The position numbers and the translations under genes were made by a program. The notes below the pieces were generated by a model. That model searched no databases and was not told where the DNA came from. It saw only the letters and a program-made list of their open reading frames with translations. Positions 11,881 to 21,300 of a stretch of 64,000 bases of DNA are shown here, one piece after another. Every line of letters starts with the position of its first letter. The stretch's first letter is position 1. The stretch is from Desulfobacterales bacterium (GTDB lineage Bacteria; Desulfobacterota; Desulfobacteria; Desulfobacterales; UBA2245): assembly GCA_040771865.1 (NCBI GenBank), contig JAXGZF010000004.1, positions 1 to 64,000 on the forward strand, read 5' to 3'.

Positions 11881-12076
11881 ACCGCCGGTTTCCGATTTCC
11901 AGCCGATAGAGCCTTCAATTTTGTACCGCGTTGTCTGTCAAATTTCAAATACGTAACGGCCTTGCCATTATATTACATATATGTCGGCACGTCGCGAATC
12001 TTCTTTTCCGCAATTTGCAGGCCTTCGACCATGATTCCAAGGGGTTGGTTGAATATGGACCGGCACAGAGACATTC

Positions 12077-12092
12077 TGGCACGCAAGTTGCT
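12077..12092 (+). promoter_or_regulatory. Sigma54 -24/-12 promoter of the porin gene
   Basis: TGGCACGCAAGTTGCT matches the TGGCACG-N4-TTGC consensus. Confidence 0.8.
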
Positions 12093-12154
12093 ATTTTTCA
12101 GCGCATCACCAGTCGATATGAAAGCAACGCCAACCCAAGGGAGAAAAAAGAAAA

Positions 12155-12964
12155 ATGAAAAGAACGGAAAAATCGACAAACCGAATTGTTTTCGCCTTTC
12201 TGGCCGGCTGCCTGGCGCTGACGCTGGCCGCCGCTCCGGCGCCGGCGGAAGAAACGGACACGCCGAGCGCATCGATGGACCTAGGAGTTTTCAGCAAATA
12301 CGTCTGGCGGGGGTATGAACTCAGCGACGACGGCATCGTCATACAACCCTCGATAACTGTCGGCTACAAGGGGGTGAGCGTCAACCTGTGGGGAAACCTG
12401 GACACGAATGCGTCTGAAGACGACGGGGATGATGAAACGCAATTCAACGAGACCGATCTCACCCTCTCCTACGAGAAAAGCTTCGGAATGGTCACAACAA
12501 GCGTCGGCTACTGCTACTACGCCCTGGACGGCATGAAAGATTCCCAGGAGCTTTTCGCCAGCATCGGCCTGGATGTGTTTCTGGCCCCCACCCTGTCCGT
12601 TTACCGAGAGATATCATATCTTCCCGGATGGTATTTCAGCTTCGGCCTTTCTCACTCCTTCGAATTGCACGAAGGAATCACTCTGGACCTGTCCGGTTCA
12701 ATCGGATACATGATTTCGGATGACGACGAAGTGGCGGAGGTGGACGACGCGCTGAATCCGACAACCGAAAAATACAGCGGCTTTCACGATGGCAACCTGT
12801 CGGCGGGTTTGACGGTTCCACTTGGAAAATACTGGACCATCAGCCCTATGATCGCTTATTCGTTCCCGCTGACGGATGATGCGGAAAATCTTCTTGAAGC
12901 AACCAGCATCAGTGGAGATTCAGAATTTTTATACGGAGGCGTGACTGTTTCGTTTGCCTTCTAA
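12155..12964 (+). CDS. Outer-membrane beta-barrel, TorF/Gcw_chp-like putative porin
   Basis: Signal peptide; SKYVWRG...IQP and NETDLTLSY; amphipathic strands; C-terminal Phe (VTVSFAF). Confidence 0.75.
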   Translation: MKRTEKSTNRIVFAFLAGCLALTLAAAPAPAEETDTPSASMDLGVFSKYVWRGYELSDDGIVIQPSITVGYKGVSVNLWGNLDTNASEDDGDDETQFNETDLTLSYEKSFGMVTTSVGYCYYALDGMKDSQELFASIGLDVFLAPTLSVYREISYLPGWYFSFGLSHSFELHEGITLDLSGSIGYMISDDDEVAEVDDALNPTTEKYSGFHDGNLSAGLTVPLGKYWTISPMIAYSFPLTDDAENLLEATSISGDSEFLYGGVTVSFAF

Positions 12965-12979
12965 ATTTTCAAACGCGGC

Positions 12980-13019
12980 AAAGAACTGCCCGCAACCTCT
13001 TGGTTGCGGGCAGTTCTTT
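12980..13019. terminator. Bidirectional terminator-like hairpin
   Basis: Perfect 18-bp inverted repeat AAAGAACTGCCCGCAACC-TCTT-GGTTGCGGGCAGTTCTTT between convergent genes. Confidence 0.85.
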
Positions 13020-13060
13020 CGATTCACTTCGTACGGATAATCCGCAGTTCGGATAGAAAT

Positions 13061-13165
13061 TTATTCGCTTTCCTTCTTGATTCGCGCATTGTCACGCTTC
13101 TCCAGAGCCACTAGTAACAATCCGCCCACCACGACAACCACAAGAGTGGTAAGCCATTCCATCAT
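13061..13165 (-). CDS. 34-aa single-pass membrane microprotein MMEWLTTLVVVVVGGLLLVALEKRDNARIKKESE
   Basis: Not in the ORF track. Strong AAGGAGG RBS, hydrophobic helix plus charged tail, own sigma54 promoter, downstream hairpin. Confidence 0.7.
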   Translation of the reverse strand: MMEWLTTLVVVVVGGLLLVALEKRDNARIKKESE

Positions 13166-13233
13166 GATACTTCCTCCTTTCCTTACGGCACACAGGCCGG
13201 TGATCGCTTTACGTCATTCAACAAAGTCAATAA

Positions 13234-13249
13234 AGCAAGCTGCGTACCA
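13234..13249 (-). promoter_or_regulatory. Sigma54 promoter of the microprotein gene
   Basis: Minus strand reads TGGTACGCAGCTTGCT (GG-N10-GC). Confidence 0.7.
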
Positions 13250-13296
13250 CCTGCGGCAATATTTATTTTATGTAATATATTCAATATGATAAATGA

Positions 13297-13434
13297 TAGG
13301 AAATTTTCTGCCGGGCCCGATATTTAGAGAAGTTTCTAAAGAAAGATTTGAAAAATTTAGACGTATAATCTATTTGCTGTTTTTTCAGCAGGTTAAACGG
13401 GGATTTTTTGATTTAGACTATAGAGATTTTTCTA
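13297..13434. promoter_or_regulatory. Repeated TAGA-N6/7-TCTA palindromes (candidate enhancer sites)
   Basis: TAGAGAAGTTTCTA (13325-13338), TAGACGTATAATCTA (13358-13372), TAGAGATTTTTCTA (13421-13434) and a weaker TAGGAAATTTTCTG (13297-13310). Confidence 0.5.
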
Positions 13435-13500
13435 TTCTTGCGAAATGATGGGCCGTTGGCGCGGAGCATTGCGGCGGAAAAACAACGTTACCAAAAAGGA

Positions 13501-14913
13501 CTAAGAATCACGACGCGGCTTTTGCACCACCCGCTTCAGGTATTTTTTCCGGCGGTATCGGAAGGTGTGATGGTTGAGCTTCAGCAGCTTGGCAGCCTGA
13601 CTCTCGCTTCCGCCGGCAAGCAAAAGAGCGCTGTCCATATAGAATTTTTCTACTGCCGACAAGACGGCATCCAGATCCAGCCCATCCAGGGTCAGGGGCC
13701 CTAGCCCGGCCGGAACCGCGACCTGATCCGGCTGAAACACGGCTTTTTCCCGGATTCCCAGATCAGCCTCTTCCAGAACAGGACCGCTTCCGGTAAGCAC
13801 GCCCCGTTCGATGACGTTTTTCAGCTCCCGAACATTGCCTTCCCACCGGTGATTTTTCAGAGCTGCGGCGGCGCTTTCAGAAATGCCGGTAAAGGTCTTG
13901 CCGAACTTATCGGCAAAATGAACCAGAAAATGCTTGGCAAGCGGCAGTATATCCTCCCGGCGATGTTCCAGAGACGGCAGGCTGATGCGAATAACGCTGA
14001 GCCGGTAATAAAGGTCCTTTCGAAAACTTCCCTGTTGAATCAATGCGTTAAGATCTTTGTTGGTCGCTGAAACCACCCGGGTTTTCACCCGATGTCGGCG
14101 GGTTCCGCCGATCCGGTAGAATTCCCCGTCTTCGAAAAAACGCAGCAGCTTGGCCTGGGCTTCAAGGCCGAGATCGCCCACCTCGTCCAGAAAAAGCGTG
14201 CCGGAGGCCGCGGCCTCGATCCGCCCCTTTTTACCGGTTTCCGCAGCCCCGCTGAAGGCCCCCTTTTCGTAACCGAACAGTTCGCTTTCGATCAGTTCCC
14301 GGGGAATGGCCGCGCAATTGACCGTTACGAGGGGACCTCTGAAGTTCGGGCTTCTGTAATGAATGGCGCCGGCGATCCACTCCTTTCCGGTGCCCGTCTC
14401 CCCCTGAATCAATATCGGCGTGTCCGGGCTGCGTGCCACCGTTTCCATAAACCCCATCACATCCAGGATGGCGTCGCTTTCTCCGATAAAGCAGGGCAGG
14501 TTTTCGACCAGATATTTTTCCTGAAGGGTTTGAACCTCCTTTCGCAGCCGCTGCGCCTCCAGTGCATTGGATATGGCGATTTCCAGAGAATCCATGTGAA
14601 GGGGCTTGACTACATAATCATAGGCGCCGAGCTTCATGGCGGCGATTACCGTATCGATGTCCTCATAAGCGGTGATCATGATGACCGCAATGCCCGGCCA
14701 CAGATTTCGCATGCGTTCGAGCGCTTCGAGTCCGCTGATGCCCGGCAGACAGATATCCAGCAGCACCAGGTCGGGCGATTCGGCTTTCATGGCCTGAAGA
14801 GCCGGTTCAGCGGCAGAAAAAACACTGACATCGTATTGTTCTTCGAGCGCCAGCAGCATGCCCTCGCGAATCGTCGGTTCGTCATCGACTACAAATATTG
14901 AGAAACGCACCAT
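13501..14913 (-). CDS. Sigma54-dependent response regulator (REC-AAA+-HTH, NtrC family)
   Basis: VVDDE and LLDI receiver; [29 protein letters not shown] and WEGNVRELKN; C-terminal HTH. Confidence 0.93.
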   Translation of the reverse strand: MVRFSIFVVDDEPTIREGMLLALEEQYDVSVFSAAEPALQAMKAESPDLVLLDICLPGISGLEALERMRNLWPGIAVIMITAYEDIDTVIAAMKLGAYDYVVKPLHMDSLEIAISNALEAQRLRKEVQTLQEKYLVENLPCFIGESDAILDVMGFMETVARSPDTPILIQGETGTGKEWIAGAIHYRSPNFRGPLVTVNCAAIPRELIESELFGYEKGAFSGAAETGKKGRIEAAASGTLFLDEVGDLGLEAQAKLLRFFEDGEFYRIGGTRRHRVKTRVVSATNKDLNALIQQGSFRKDLYYRLSVIRISLPSLEHRREDILPLAKHFLVHFADKFGKTFTGISESAAAALKNHRWEGNVRELKNVIERGVLTGSGPVLEEADLGIREKAVFQPDQVAVPAGLGPLTLDGLDLDAVLSAVEKFYMDSALLLAGGSESQAAKLLKLNHHTFRYRRKKYLKRVVQKPRRDS

Positions 14914-14918
14914 TGCAG

Positions 14919-16772
14919 CTATATACCCTCCTGGATTCGAAGCTCGATCACAAACCGGGCGCCGCCCCAGCGGCTGGCATCTACATCGATTCTGCCGCCA
15001 TGATCGGTGATGATCCGGTAGCACAGGCTCAGGCCGATGCCGGTACTGCCCTTCTTGGTGGTGAAGAATGGATCGAATATGTGTTCCTTCTGCGCGGGCG
15101 ACACGCCTTTTCCGGAATCCGAAACGGTTATGAGAATTTTCGGTCCGCGCTGTTCGGATGTGATTTCGATTATCTTTTCTTTCGCCTGTTCCTTGATCTC
15201 TTCGGCCGCATTGGTTATCAGATTCACAATTACCTGAGTGATCAGATCCGCGTCCGCCCGACAGGGGGGAAGCCCGTCGGACAAAGAAGTTTTCAGAGCG
15301 ATGCCGTTTTTGCGCAGCGCGGTCTGCGTCAAAGCGATGGCTTCTTCTATCGGACGGTTGATGTCGATACGAACCAGGCGAAGCTCCCCGGGTCTTGAAA
15401 AATCGATGACGCGCCGAATCACGGCGTCGATCCGGTCGGATGCGGACTGGATCTGACCAATGAGCGGGCGCATTTTTTCGTTATTCTCTTCAACCATGCA
15501 AAGACGGTCAAGCGCCCGAAGGTAAAGATTGATTCCGGACAAAGGATTCCGAATCTCGTGGGCGATACCCGCCGCCACTCGCCCCAGGGAGGTCATCTTG
15601 TCCTGAATCTGCACCAGGCGCTCAAGTTCCTTGGACCGGGATACATCCATCATGTTGACGAGAAGGGCGGGGCGGTTGTGGTATTCAATTCGAAGCGCTC
15701 GGCAGTCTACCCATTTCATCGCGCTATCTTCGGCTCCGGCTGAGGGGTGAAAACAAAAATTCATATCCAGCGTATCGAACTGGCCCGCAACCAGCCGGGC
15801 ATATCCCCGTTCGACCTCCGGCCGGTCATCGGGGTGAATGAACCTGAAATCCAGTTTTGCGGGCGAAACAGTCATTGGGCCGCAGATTCTTTCCTGTTCG
15901 GGGTTCTGGTAAACGATACGGTCATCCTGAATGATGAGAATGCCGGTAACCGCGTTTTCCACAAGCGCCCGAAAGCGTTTTTCGCTTTCCTGAAGATTTT
16001 CCTGAGCCTGCCTGCGCTCGATGGATCTTGCGATGCGCCGCGCAACGGCGTTGATTAATTCGCGTTCGTGTTTCAAAAACGGGCCCTCGTCTTCCGGCGG
16101 TTTATCTTCCAGGTACCCGACTTCCAGTTCGCCGATTTTATGGCCGTGCACAACGATATCGGCCGTCTGCCGCCAGTCTGTGTTTTTGAAGTTCCGGGTT
16201 CGAAACTCGCGTCCCTCCAATTGGATCCGTGCAAAGGCCGCCTGCCGGTACTGCCAGCCCGCAGTTACGACATTCACTGTTTCCTGAAGCATCTTGTCCA
16301 GAGAATACTGGCGCTTCTCGGCAATACTTGAGGTTGCGTACAGGCAGTTGATTTCCCTGACCCGATCTCGCAGCTCGCGCGATCGGCGCTCAGACACCCC
16401 CTGGGCTCGAGCATATTCGGCGATCCGTTTTTCCTCTGCCTCCAGAAATTCATAAAAAAGCCTGGCAACAGCGCCGGACATCAGACTCACACCCACAGGC
16501 ATTGTTCGGGCGATTTCCTCTGCCGCGGCGGCGTCATCGTCTGTTTCAATAATCAGATTCAAATCCTTGACTGCATAAAGGTCATGAAAATCTCTGAAAA
16601 CGGATACACCCATTTCCACAGCGCATCGATATCCTGCCGCGTTTGTATCCGGATACGCCAGGCCGACGATGTTTGCACGTGTGAAGGCTCCGCTGCGGGC
16701 GATATCCAGAATGATGCAGGCCCCGGCTCCGCCGCCTGCAATGCCCACTTTCAGTTCATTCATCAAACCCAT
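14919..16772 (-). CDS. Soluble PAS histidine kinase with an N-terminal Rossmann-like domain
   Basis: VGIAGGGAGA near the N-terminus; PAS (FIHPDD); H-box AHEIRNPL; NLITNA, DSGKG, FDPFFTTK and GIGL boxes; no transmembrane helix seen. Confidence 0.88.
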   Translation of the reverse strand: MGLMNELKVGIAGGGAGACIILDIARSGAFTRANIVGLAYPDTNAAGYRCAVEMGVSVFRDFHDLYAVKDLNLIIETDDDAAAAEEIARTMPVGVSLMSGAVARLFYEFLEAEEKRIAEYARAQGVSERRSRELRDRVREINCLYATSSIAEKRQYSLDKMLQETVNVVTAGWQYRQAAFARIQLEGREFRTRNFKNTDWRQTADIVVHGHKIGELEVGYLEDKPPEDEGPFLKHERELINAVARRIARSIERRQAQENLQESEKRFRALVENAVTGILIIQDDRIVYQNPEQERICGPMTVSPAKLDFRFIHPDDRPEVERGYARLVAGQFDTLDMNFCFHPSAGAEDSAMKWVDCRALRIEYHNRPALLVNMMDVSRSKELERLVQIQDKMTSLGRVAAGIAHEIRNPLSGINLYLRALDRLCMVEENNEKMRPLIGQIQSASDRIDAVIRRVIDFSRPGELRLVRIDINRPIEEAIALTQTALRKNGIALKTSLSDGLPPCRADADLITQVIVNLITNAAEEIKEQAKEKIIEITSEQRGPKILITVSDSGKGVSPAQKEHIFDPFFTTKKGSTGIGLSLCYRIITDHGGRIDVDASRWGGARFVIELRIQEGI

Positions 16773-16912
16773 CGCTGCCCCGATTTTTGAAAATGAATCC
16801 AGAACACTCCGTTTTCAACGCCGCCATCAAAACAATGGGATCTTTTATCTGATTCCTTCACTGGGTGGGCCGTTTCATATAAATTAAACATATTTTTTAC
16901 ATTCTTTCCTTA

Positions 16913-17837
16913 GAGCTTATCCGTAAATAATACCAGTTTTTCGGTACGCGATGATTGCGGCAGCCATATGAAGCAATGCCAGATATGTATCAGCGCGCTT
17001 TTCATAGCGGACCAGGATTTTACGAAAACGGTTAAACCATGAGTGACTCACTTCCACTACCCATCTTCTGGCTTTCCAACCGGGAGCGTTCTTTTTCTTT
17101 TGGATCTCTTCTCCTCGAGTTTTTACATGAGGAATGTATCCGTTTGAAAGAATGGCTTCCAGCGCTGGCTGGCATCCATAGGCTTTATCTGCGCACAAAT
17201 GCTGCTGGACATCCAAAGGACGATCTATAATGATGCCTTTCAAAACAGACTCCAGGTGCGTAACATCATGGCGATTTGCTCCGGTCGCGACGAGTGATAA
17301 CGGGACACCACGGCCGTCCACCAGCAGATGCCGTTTTGTTCCTTTTTTTCCCCCTGTCGGTCGGATTTCGACCGACTGCGTCTTGCGCCAAGGGAGCCTT
17401 GACCATCGCCCCGTCAATGCTTTGCCAGCTCCAAACAATCCCTTCCATGTCATCGTACTCAGCAAGCCCCGAACGCCAGAGTGCGACAAAGAATCCAGCA
17501 CGCATCCAATTCATGAAATGGGTATGGACAGCGCTGCCGCTTCCAAATCTTTCCTTGGGCAGAGCTTTCCATTGGCATCCTGTCCGAAGCACATACATAA
17601 TGGCCTCAAAGACTTGGCGTGGCGGCATCGGTTTTTTACCTCCGCCGGCCTTGCGTTTATATGTTTTTTCCGGATCGCGCTCTCTTGCTGGTATAAGAGG
17701 TTCAACCTTTGCCCAAAAAGTATCGGATACTTCCCATGACTGAATTTTTGCCATATTCCTCCTTAAAATTGTGTGATCGTTGGAGGTTCTATAGCAAAAA
17801 ACAAGAAAAAAATCCATTTTTATTTACGGATAAGTTC
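16913..17837 (-). mobile_element. IS5-family insertion sequence (925 bp)
   Basis: 18-bp terminal inverted repeats GAGCTTATCCGTAAATAA / GAACTTATCCGTAAATAA (1 mismatch); TTA duplicated at 16910-16912 and 17838-17840. Confidence 0.9.
16917..17754 (-). CDS. IS5-family transposase in two frames (probable programmed -1 frameshift)
   Basis: OrfA has YVLRTGCQWKALP and SIDG. OrfB has GTKRHLLVD, ADKAY and RWVVEVSHSW. The frames meet at GGGGGAAAAAAAGG (17341-17354, minus strand). Confidence 0.88.
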
Positions 17838-18172
17838 TTAATCAAAGCCTCATTTTTCGACAATATTAGAATATTGACCCCAGCCTGCCAATGTTTTTCT
17901 TTCATTTGCATTACAGCTTTTTTGAGAATCGAACGCAACCTGAAACCGAACGAAAATCCGCTTCAAAATAAAGGGCCGGAACCGCTCTTTTGAATCAGAC
18001 TTTTCCCGCCCTACAAGCAGGGAAAAACATTGCCGAAACAGCAAAGGTGGTTCAGCGGGTTGAGTTTCTGATCGACAGCTTCGGCTTTCAATGTTAAGCT
18101 GGGGCCAAATCCTATATGTTTTCCGGCTGATTTCTCATAGGCATCCTTTTGGGAGAGACATAAGGACAAGCC

Positions 18173-18391
18173 ATGGAAAAGATAACCCATATTCTGAAAA
18201 AACCTGAGTTTCATATCCTGCTCTATTGCCTGAGCCTTTTGCTTTTTAACTGGCCGGTGCTCACCATTTTTGAAAATGCCCGCCTGGCCCTGTTTTATTA
18301 TTTGTTCTGTATCTGGGGAGCCTTCATCGTCGTGTTGTTTTTTATCGCAACCAATCTTTTAAAACAAAACAGCAAGGATGTTGAAAAATAA
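18173..18391 (+). CDS. Small two-TM membrane protein, probable partner of the SLC5-kinase
   Basis: 72 aa with two hydrophobic segments (LFNWP, YYLFCIWG); ends 3 nt before the SLC5-kinase start. Confidence 0.75.
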   Translation: MEKITHILKKPEFHILLYCLSLLLFNWPVLTIFENARLALFYYLFCIWGAFIVVLFFIATNLLKQNSKDVEK

Positions 18392-18394
18392 CCC

Positions 18395-21300
18395 ATGTTC
18401 AGTCATCTGACGGCCGTTTTGATCTTTCTGCTGTATTTCTTTTCCCTGTTTGCTATAGCGCTTTGGGCCGAGCGGCGGGCAGGGGCGGGAAAAAGCATCG
18501 CCAATAACCCCGTGGTCTACACGCTGTCGCTGGCTGTCTACTGCACGGCATGGACTTATTACGGCAGCGTGGGTTTGGTGATGAGCACCAGAGGCATGCT
18601 GTTCGTGGCATATTTCATCGGGCCGACCATTGCGATTATCCTGTCCTGGATCGTCCTTCGCAAGATGGTCCGAATCAAAAATACGCATCACATCACCAGC
18701 ATCGCTGACTTTATTGCCGCACGATACGGCAAATCCGAAGCGCTTGCCGCCATCGTCACCCTGATTGCCCTTATGGGAATTATTCCTTATATCGCCCTGC
18801 AGCTGAAATCCATCCTTTCCACGCTCAACGTGATTACGACGCCTGCGGAAGGTTCCGTTTCCTGGGTGGCGGATCACATCGGCTATATCATGGTCGGCCT
18901 GATGATTTTTTTTACGATCGTCATCGGCGTGCGAAGGCTGGATCCGACCGAGCGTCACGAAGGAATGGTGATGGCGCTTGCCGTGGAGTGCGTCGTGAAG
19001 CTTCTGGGGCTTTTGACTGCCGGCATATTTGTCACCTATTCGATCTACAATGGATTCGGGGATATTCTGGAACGTTTTTCACAGAGCCCCCATGCCGGTT
19101 TTACGAATCTGACCGCACTGGGAAATCAGCCGTATATGCTCTGGACGACCTACATCGTGCTGTCCATGTCGGCCATATGGTTTCTGCCCAGACAGTTTCA
19201 TGTGGCGGTTGTGGAAAATTCCGACGAAAGGCACATTCTGACGGCGATGTGGCTGCTGCCCCTGTACATGTTTCTCATCAACATCTTTGTAGTTCCCATT
19301 GCCCTCGGCGGTTTGCTTCGAGGTCTTCCGCCGGATCAGGGGGATACCTTTGTGCTGCAGCTGCCGCTTTTTCACGGAGCGCCCTGGCTGGCCATGCTGG
19401 TTTTTATCGGGGGATTTTCCGCCTCCATCGGCATGATCATGATCAGTTCCATGACCCTTTCAACCATGATGACCAACCATCTGATGCTGCCGATGTTCGG
19501 GTGGTTTCAAGGTCTGGGGTTCCTCAAAAAGCATCTGCTGCGCTGCAAATGGATTTCCGTGGCGGCCATTATTATTTTAAGCTTCTGGTTTGAACAGAAG
19601 GTGGGCGCATCATATATGCTTGTCAATATCGGCATGATTTCCTTTGCAGCCATCCTTCAGTTCGCACCCTCCATTCTGGGAGGCATATTCTGGTATCGCG
19701 GGAACAAATTCGGAGCGTTTCTGGGATTGAGCGCCGGATTTCTGCTGTGGTGTCACACCCTGCTGGTTCCCTCCCTGATCAAGAGCGGCTGGATTTCCGC
19801 GGTTTTTCTGGAAACCGGCCCTCTGGGACTTGACTTTTTAAAACCCGAAAGCCTGTTCGGCATGAAAGCGCTGGATCCTCTGACCCATGCGGTTTTCTGG
19901 TCGATGCTGGCAAATATCGGCCTGTATGTCCTGGGGTCCTTATTATACAGGCCCGGCAGGACGGAACAGCAGCTGATGAATGAATTTGTCGGCGCCCTGT
20001 CCTCCCCGATTGCGCCGTCTCCTCTTGAACGGGAGGCATATATTGATCTGGAAGGGAAAGAGGAAGAAATTCGCAAGCTGCTTTGTCAGTATTTTACCGA
20101 TTCAGAGGTTCAGGAAAAGATGAACAAATGCCTTGCCGCATTGAACCTTAAGAATAAGACGCGAATTTCGATTGCCGAACTTCTCAAGCTGCACCGGGAG
20201 ATTGAAAAAATGCTTTCCGGCGCCATCGGCGCCGCGGCGGCCCACAAAGCCATTGCAAACGCCGTACAGTTCAGCGAGCAGGAAACCGATGATCTGATGG
20301 ACGCTTATCGGGAGATTCTGGCCGATTTCAGGGTATCTCCGGAAGAACTTCGCGCCAAGATCGATTATTATCAGGAAAAGGAATTGCTTTTAACCAATCA
20401 TGCCGAAGAACTCGAGCAGTTGAACAAAATTCTGGAGCTGCGAATTCAGCAATTGCAGGAGACCGAAAAAGCTCTTGCGGAATCTGAACAAAAATACCGG
20501 AGCATTTTTGAAAATGCCCTGGAAGGCATCTTTCAGGCTTCCCCTGAGGGATATTTCTCCAGCGCGAGCCCGTCCATGGCTCAGATTCTTGGCTACGCGG
20601 ATCCGCAGGAGCTGATACAAGGCATTACCGATTTCGAGACCCAACTGTGCGCGGACAAGGGCAGGATTGATGAGCTGCTGAAAATGCTCGAGCATCAGGA
20701 TTCGGTCAAAAACTTTGAGTGTCGGCTGACCCGCAAAAATGGCGAGTTGATATGGGCGCTGATTCAGGCCCGCGCGCTTCGAAATGAAGACGGGAAACTG
20801 GTCTCCATGGAAGGATTTGTTCAGGACATCACCGTCCGTAAAAAGGCCGAAGAAGCCCTTCACAATGCCTATAAAGAACTCGAAAACCGAGTAGAAGCGA
20901 GAACCGCGCAGCTTCGAAAAATGAACCTGGAGCTTCAGAAGACCAAGGAAGCCGCGGAAGCCGCCACCCACGCAAAAAGCGAGTTTCTGGCCAATATGAG
21001 CCATGAAATTCGCACCCCGATGAACGGCATTATCGCCGCCTCGGAATTGGCCTTAAACGAACGGCAGATTCCGAAACTGGAGCATTATCTAAAAATTATA
21101 AACAATTCAGCATATTCCCTGCTGGGGCTGATCAACGATATTCTGGATTTTTCAAAAATTGAGGCCGGGAAACTGGACTTTGAAATGCGTCCGTTCCGTC
21201 TGGACGAACTGCTGGACCGGGTTATTGAAATGTTTTTAAACAAGACCGTTGAAAAACGCATTGAGCTTCTGGTCGATATCAATGCCGGCACCCCCCAGGC

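Noticed and set aside
17266..17501. Split IS5 transposase as a pseudogene
   Set aside because: The break is at an A7G slippery run typical of programmed frameshifting, and the ends and target duplication are intact.
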